NCBI GenBank assembly: GCA_030141605.1
Contig: JAQGDQ010000897.1
Span: 18,598-82,597, forward strand
Direction: 5' to 3'
Length of the DNA: 64,000 nt
Source: Tubiluchus corallicola
Lineage: Eukaryota; Animalia; Priapulida
The notes under the pieces are model-generated. The model ran no database searches. It saw only the letters and a list, made by a program, of their open reading frames with translations, and was not told where the DNA came from. Position numbers and translations under genes: made by a program. This document shows positions 1 through 64,000 of the stretch, in pieces (the stretch's first letter is position 1; each line of letters begins with the position of its first letter).

Positions 1-992
1 AAGAGTATTTCCTTAAATTTGCTAAATCCCTCATTAGTTTCCAAGTCATCAAAATTTATTTTGGCTAATTCTAGCTGCAGGTTATTTAAAAAATTTTGTT
101 CAGTTGAATTTTTAAAATTTCTTGTGGTGATTTTGTCGGATTTCATTTTCAGTTTAGTATGCTTTATAATTGCAAATATAGGAAGATGGTCGGCTACTTG
201 ATAAAGCAAAATTCCAGGTTTTATGTGGTTGGTGAGGTCATTTGTATAAATATGATCAATGAGTGTATTAGTGTGATGATGAGTTATTCTTGTTGGTTTA
301 GTTATAATTGGCACAAAATTATTAGAGAATAACATGTTTGTATAATTTGTCACTGAGGTTTTGCTGTCACTATGTAGTAAATTAATATTTATGTCACCGC
401 ATATATAGCAAAATTTGTTAGTTCTGTTAATTAAGGATAATTTGCTTTCTAGTTCTTCACGAGAAATTCTTCAATGTTAGTATTTGGGTGCCTGTAGATG
501 ACTCCAAATAAAATGTTTTTGATGTTGGGTGGAGTTTCTATTTCGATCCACATATTCTCCAGTTGCATACGGTTTGTGGAGCCATTTTTAGTCTGAGTTG
601 TGTATTTTGTATTTAGGCATTTCTGAAAAAATTACAGAGTTTCTGATATACAATCCCACACCACCTGCATTGGTTGTAGAATCGTCACGAATAAATTGAT
701 ACCCAGGTAAGGGTGTGAGAAAAATATGATCTTTTTTTAAACGGGTTTCACTTAATGCTATAATGTCAGGAGGGTTTTGAAAGTGTAAAAGAACGTCTAA
801 CATACTAGTGTAATTTTTGTTTATAGTACTGACATTAAAATGCACAAAAGTGAAATCCGTACTGGTATTTGCTAAGTCATCTTGACTAGATAGAGTTGAC
901 AGTTTATAATAATTACTTTCTTGATAAGGAAGAAAGTTATCAGGATCATTATTATTAGTGGAAAAGTTAGTAAAAGTAGAAAACTCACGCAA
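1..992 (-). mobile_element. Non-LTR retrotransposon (CR1/L2 group) ORF2 AP-endonuclease region, interrupted, continues off the left edge
   Basis: Translates to HFNV..PDIIALSETRL..GGVGLYIR, a stop, then ENMWIEI..GVIYRHPN..ICGDININLL..KPTRIT..LIDHIYTN..ADHLPIF (APE motifs). Confidence 0.88.
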
Positions 993-1516
993 AGAAGAGA
1001 TAAGATTAGTTTATTTTTTACAAAACAACATTTCAGTGATACACGAATGCTTAAAAATGGTTGGTAAATACACCAGTTCTTTATCTATCGTGCTCTTTAT
1101 ATTGCAAAGGGTTACGAAAAATTTGTTTGTATACTGCCTATTAGCAAAATGAGCAAAACGATTCATTTTTAGTTAAAAACGAGATGGCGACAGTATAAGC
1201 TACAAATACAAGCAAGATTGTGGAACAGCATAAATATGATAAATAAATGTAACATCTAAAAAGGATTTGACTAATTTCTTGTTACAATAACATTAGGTTT
1301 ACATAATTTTACTGATCTGCTGATAGCGTTACACTCTATTCATAACTAAAATATTTTATATAACTTAAATTTAGCAAGAAAAATCCTAGTAGAAATAGAA
1401 GTTACTTGCTGGATGATACATTAAACTAAATTCACAGAAAACATGGCTGCTAATTCATTGAAACAAACTCTGTCAACAGTTCTCTCTCTCTCTCTGTTGA
1501 GTAAACAGTTGCTCTT

Positions 1517-63065
<61,549 letters not shown>

Positions 63066-63134
63066 CTGAAATAAACATGGCAGTTCATTTACATTAAATT
63101 TTTTTGTTAATTCAACAGATTTATTCACTAAATT

Positions 63135-63610
63135 TTATGTTCAGTTGTTCAAAGTTCAGCATATAATCAAACATTTATGTTCAGTTGTTCACAGTTCAGC
63201 ATATAGTCAAACATTTATGTTCAGTTGTTCACAGTTCACCATATAGTCAAACATTTATGTTCAGTTGTTCAAAGTTCAGCATATAGTCAAACACTTATGT
63301 TCAATTGTTCACAGTTCACCATATAGTCAAACATTTATGTTCAGTTGTTCACAGTTCACCATATAGTCAAACACTTATGTTCAATTGTTCGCAGTTCAGC
63401 ATATAGTCAAACACTTATGTTCAATTGTTCACAGTTCACCATATAGTCAAACATTTATGTTCATTTGTTCACAGTTCACCATATAGTCAAACATTCATGT
63501 TCAGTTGTTCACAGTTCACCATATAGTCAAACATTAATGTTCAATTGTTCGCAATTCACCATATAGTCAAACATTTATGTTCAGTTGTTCACAGTTCACC
63601 CTATAGTTGA
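63135..63610. repeat. 40-bp minisatellite, about 12 copies
   Basis: TTTATGTTCAGTTGTTCACAGTTCACCATATAGTCAAACA. Confidence 0.93.
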
Positions 63611-63855
63611 ACATGTCTGTCAAAATAGTCAGAAATGTTTGTCTATATAGACATATTTACCTTTTTATTTTTACGAATTAATATAATTATGACATTGATT
63701 AATTGCTACTAGCACAATGTTAATGTTACTAACATCTAATTAGAAATGACTGACTGGGTCTTACGTCACCTCTTCTCATAGTTTTCTGTATCATATGCAC
63801 TAACATCTTAACTACTGTAGTGAGTTTATGAAGACAATTAAATTCACTATTACTA

Positions 63856-64000
63856 CAGTCTAGTCTCGTTATCTCGCCATTGTCCGTCTAGGGCAAATTT
63901 TTGGCGAGAGGCGAGTATGGCGAGATAATGGGAATATAACGAAGTTATTCTATATGTATATACATAATAGTTGATTAACATAGTGTTCCTCTATGTACAT
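63856..64000 (+). mobile_element. Family F MITE, cut by the window edge
   Basis: Near-identical to 57428-57570. Confidence 0.85.

Noticed and set aside
63765-63800. Possible further upstream exon near the right edge
   Set aside because: Short, ambiguous splice sites and no recognisable domain content.

Overview
AT-rich animal (invertebrate-like) nuclear DNA; no prokaryotic features. The window is dominated by the 3' part of one large minus-strand gene. I traced 30 coding exons by hand (63065 down to the stop at 1517; 4559 nt, about 1519 codons), all GT-AG and all phase-compatible. They encode a secreted von Willebrand factor/gel-forming mucin/hemocytin-like protein: T-rich linker, CysD, Cys-rich module, T/E-rich linker, VWD-C8-TIL, VWD(GDPH)-C8-TIL, several VWC-like modules and a C-terminal cystine knot. 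The gene start lies beyond the right edge. The introns are filled with repeats: LINE relics, a complete TSD-flanked 5S-rRNA-headed SINE, two deleted Tc1/mariner elements with an in-frame amplified GRPR motif, at least eight MITE families, and many locus-specific minisatellites. The most unusual items are a three-copy foldback-like element carrying two opposed, copy-number-variable satellite arrays, the AT-hook-amplified Tc1 derivatives, the 5S/RTE-type SINE, and tandem arrays seeded at splice donors. Family assignments come from motif recognition only; no database search was run.
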